This document shows, in pieces, positions 60,071-64,000 of a stretch of 64,000 bases of DNA. The DNA is from Squalus acanthias (Eukaryota): positions 21,764,001 to 21,828,000 of the forward strand of contig CM059432.1 in the NCBI GenBank assembly GCA_030390025.1, given 5' to 3'. The notes below the pieces were generated by a model. The model was not told where the DNA came from. It worked only from the letters and a program-made list of their open reading frames with translations, and ran no database searches. A program made the position numbers and the translations under genes. Within the stretch, counting starts at the first letter, position 1; the number at the start of each line of letters is the position of its first letter.

Positions 60071-61249
60071 CTCTATTTGAAGGTGTATCTTGAAGCAGCA
60101 TTTAACCCTTGTTCCATTTCTGTTATTGTAAAGCTGGAAGAGTAGTCTGCAGCTCTGCCAGTGACCCACAACAAGACAGCACCTCACAGCACCCTGCAAC
60201 CCTCTCACCATTGTTTACAAGCACCTGCACAGCAGCACGCATTCGAAAGGAAGCAGTTGGTGAGTCTGAGGATGGAACACTGTGTGGGCCACAGTGCGCA
60301 GGGAAAGAGAAGCAAGTGGTGGTGCTAGAGGAGAAGCAGGAACCAGATGTCATCAGTGACCACTTGTTACTGGTGTATTGCAGCTGCGCAGTGAAATTGG
60401 GCCGTTGTGTTATGTTGCTGTGGCTATTTCATCACATTGTGCCTGTGCAAGCTCCACACTGGAGCGATTCACTCTGATCCCTTTCCCCTGCTTTTTCACC
60501 TTCACAATATTTTTCTCCCCAAGTCTTCATCTAATTCCTTCATAAATGTTGTGTTTCAATAACCACTTACTGGCCCTTTGTGTAAAAAACATTTCATCTG
60601 ACCTCCCTCTTTATGATTCCCAAAGTTTCTACCTACTTGGAACAGATTCACCTACCATTAGAAATAACCTTTCACCATTTACCATCTAAAACCCTTTCAT
60701 GTTTCTAAAATACTTCTGTTAGATCTCTCCACAACCTTCTTTGATCCAGTTAATACTGCCCTGGGGCAAAATTGTCTATTGAAGCTACATGCGGGGATCA
60801 CAGTGGGTAGCTTATTAGAAAATTGTAAGTGCATGTCTGTTATTTTTCTTCTACTGAAATCAATGGGCAGAAAATGCTCATTGAGTGGGAAGCTCTGCAG
60901 GTGGTGTAGGCCTCGGGAAATTTTGCAGGCCCACTCTCAGAAGGGCTTGATGCCAAACACAAGAGAATATCTAATGTAGAACCTGGAATGCAGAAATTTG
61001 AATCCGGAACCTTTTCCATGACTTTCACCTCAGTAAAGATAAAACGCTATCCATGCAAGTACAGTATTTAAGAGTCTCCATCAATATTAGGGGATGAGGA
61101 ATCGAGAAAAAATGCTTGTTACCACAGCAAGCACAATAAACGAGAAAGGGAATATTGAGGCAAATACGCTTAGTGATGCAATCTAGCAAGAATAAAGAGG
61201 CAGCTGGATAGAAAACTGTGGTGATGTTACCTGGCCCTTTAAGCAACAG

Positions 61250-62250
61250 TGACTTTCCTTTATATAGAACCTTTACTGTAAGGAATGTCCCATCGCTGTG
61301 CCAGGATGTGATAGGTTAGCAGGGGTCACCAGTGGCTTAGTTGAGGAGGTAGTTTTTTGAGAAGGTTTTTAATGGAGGAGAGGGAGCTGAACAGGTGGAG
61401 AGATTTAGGCAGTATGGGACACAAGTGGCTAAAGGGTTTGCTAACAATGCTGGAATGAAGGGTGGCAGGGGGAGGGGGACCCAAAGGCCAAAGTCAGAGG
61501 AATGGAGTATTCAAGGAGGGGATATAGCTCCAGAAGTAATTGCAAGATTAAGGTGAGGCAAGGCCATGGATGAATTTAAGGACTGGAACAATAATTTGGA
61601 ATTTAGTATACAGGGACAGGTGGCCAATGCAGGTCAGTGTAGACCAGGGAATGGGTGAGTGGGACTTTGTGTGGGATAGGATGCATGTGGTAGAGTTTTG
61701 CACAAGTTGAAGTTTATGGAGGATGAAGGAACAAGGGCATGTAATGAGAGCATTGGCATAGTACTGGAGGTGATGAATGTTTCAGCAGCAAAGGAGCAGA
61801 GATAGGCAGTGTTGTGGAGAAACAATATGGGGTTTGAAAGTAAAGTTAGAGTTGAATAGGCCTTTAAGGTGGTGAATGGTCTTGTTTAGCCTGAGGCCGT
61901 GGCTAGGAAGGCAAGAGAAATCCATGGCATGGGAACAGACTTTGTAGACTGACCAAAGATGATGGCTTAGGTCTTCCCAATCTTGAGCTGGAAGAAGTTA
62001 AGACTCATCCAAGACTGGATGTCAGACAAGTAGTTTGGCAGAACAGAGGAAATTATGGGAACAAGGGAGGTGGTGGAAAGGTAGAGCTGGTTGTCATCAG
62101 CATACATGTGGAAGCAGATATCATGCCTGTGGATATTGTTACCAAGAAGCTACATCTAACTGAAAAAGAGGAGAGGGATAAGGAGTGATCCTTAGAAGAC
62201 TCTTTGGGTGATGCTTTGGGAAAAAAAGAGAAGCTATACATTGGATCCAT
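61250..62250 (-). mobile_element. Old L2 LINE fragment
   Basis: Reverse complement has cacatgtatgctgatgacaaccagctctac (HMYADDNQLY) and ..SDIQSWMSLNFFQLKIGKT. Confidence 0.8.
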
Positions 62251-63339
62251 TCAGTAAGGTGGTACATGTTAGGGCAGCCAATGAAGCTAAATAGAGGAGT
62301 ATCGGTGGAGAAGGGTGGCCTGGTCAATTGTGTCAAACAATGCGGAGGGGCCTCTGTCATTGAGACTCTAGAATTATCCTCTGGGAGGTGGACAACACCA
62401 CCAATTAATTTTCCTTCCTCCCAAAGGGGGAAGGGGGGACATAGCCTTGTCAGCAAAGCTTATTTTATGATAAAAATTCATGAATTTTACCATTACCATA
62501 CTGGTACTCATTACACGTTTAAAACCTGGTTGATGCTCCCTTCAGTTTTTTTTCTCGAATGAATACAGTGTGATCTCCTAAGGGTGATGGGCGGGGGATA
62601 TATTCCAGCAAGCACGATCATGCACCATTGACTGTCTCGGGCAAGCACTGGAGAATTCAGTGGCGCACAATCCTGCCCCGTCCATGCTGAAATTCTGCAT
62701 GTGTGATTTTTCTACACTGGCTTAACTCCACCTCCCATTCCCCCACCACCTTGTCTCCCCATTTAAATTGACATCATAGACTACCCATGCTGCTGTAATA
62801 GATTGCAGGTGAAGTTGAGATGACAGAAGCAATCTGTCAATGGTGAAAGAGGTTGTTCCAATGTGGTGACACTGGATAGAGAGTTTACTCCAAACACTTG
62901 CAGCCTGCATAAAGCTCAATCCGCCTTCCAAATGCAGTAAGCAACAGCTTCTGAGCTTGGAAAGTGAACAGCTGTGAGGTGAGAGCTTTTATAGTACATT
63001 TCAAGCAGTCAAGTAATCAGCTGATTCAATGGCTATTCAACTTCCGCCTCAGATTCACTGACGTGATCCCCGAGCAGCATGGACCTCGTGGGCGAGCAGT
63101 TAAAGTGAAAAGGTAGGATTAAAAGGATTATTAAGTGTTTCTTAACAACCTGATAATTGTTTAAATTGGGTCGCCCGCCTCTGCGGGTCGGGTCGGATCG
63201 GAGTTCACAGATGTGCCTGTGGGAAAGGCGCATTGCGGCGGGTTGACAGCAGGGTCCTGACCCACTATCAAAAAAATCAAATTTCCCACCTGACCTGTCA
63301 CTGATCCCGCCCGCTGACCCCCAAGAAAATCCAGCAATT

Positions 63340-63476
63340 GATGGTCACCATACCAGCTTTTTATTTCAGATTTTTTTAATTAATTGAATTTAAATTCTCC
63401 AGCTTCACGTGGTGGGAGTGGAACTCATGTCTCTCGGTTACTAGGCCAGTAACATAACAACTATGCTACTGTACCG
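63340..63476 (-). mobile_element. tRNA-like SINE head fragment
   Basis: Reverse complement ggtacagtagcatagttgttatgttactggcctagtaa..gagttccactcccacc resembles the head of the SINE at 56140. Confidence 0.55.
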
Positions 63477-64000
63477 TACTGGCGCCAGATGAAAAAAAGA
63501 CATGCAAGGGAGATCAACAGGCACTCGAGCCAGACTGCCCACGCTACTATGTCACCATCTACATCTGCAAGACCTGGCACATGTATGTGGAAGTGACCAA
63601 GGGCATCCGCTCCACAGGCTCAGGAGTTACACTATTGTACAAGTAGATTTTGGGCAGTGTCAGTCGACTCCCATGAAAGTAAGAAGCTCAGACCACTCGC
63701 TTATAGGAGTGACTGACACCACTGAACCCAAGAGGATATCTACGGCAGACTGAATTTGTATCTATTCCAAGACTGTGCATGTAGTGGACACAGTGTTGAT
63801 CCAGGCTGCCACCCTCTTCCAGACATATTGTCCTACAGTTATCTAGCTAGCATGTCCTGGAGTCCCAATCTTCCTCGTGCCCATCTCATGCAGCAGCACC
63901 TGCAATAAGCCATCAAGCAGTAGGTTTAGAGGCTGTGCCCTTCAACCAATAGGGAAAACATTGCAGGGCTATGGGGAAAGAGCAGGTGAGTGAGATTAAT

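Noticed and set aside
60109..60477. Host protein-coding exon
   Set aside because: Splice-like signals exist, but the peptide is unrecognisable and the context favours a decayed Harbinger partner exon.

Overview
Repeat-dense vertebrate DNA with no recognisable host protein-coding exon. It is most likely from a cartilaginous fish; this is an inference from the Deu-domain tRNA-SINEs and the CR1/Penelope families. The main element is an apparently intact autonomous PIF/Harbinger DNA transposon (5905-10249, 12-bp TIRs, AAG target duplication). It carries an uninterrupted DDE transposase and, convergently, a three-exon Myb/SANT partner gene that splices to a 489-aa open frame. Around ten non-autonomous or decayed Harbinger-type elements are also present, several sharing a TAGCGCC subterminal motif. 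The second notable system is a set of Penelope-like (PLE) insertions with minimal hammerhead-ribozyme cores. Two of these are short palindromic inserts with 14-15 bp target duplications, one with perfect ~109-bp arms. The rest is CR1, L2, RTE and a second CR1-group LINE, SINEs, solo LTRs, a Tc1/mariner-type MITE and a decayed Gypsy integrase, often deeply nested. Boundaries were read by eye. Family names rest on motif recognition, not database searches.
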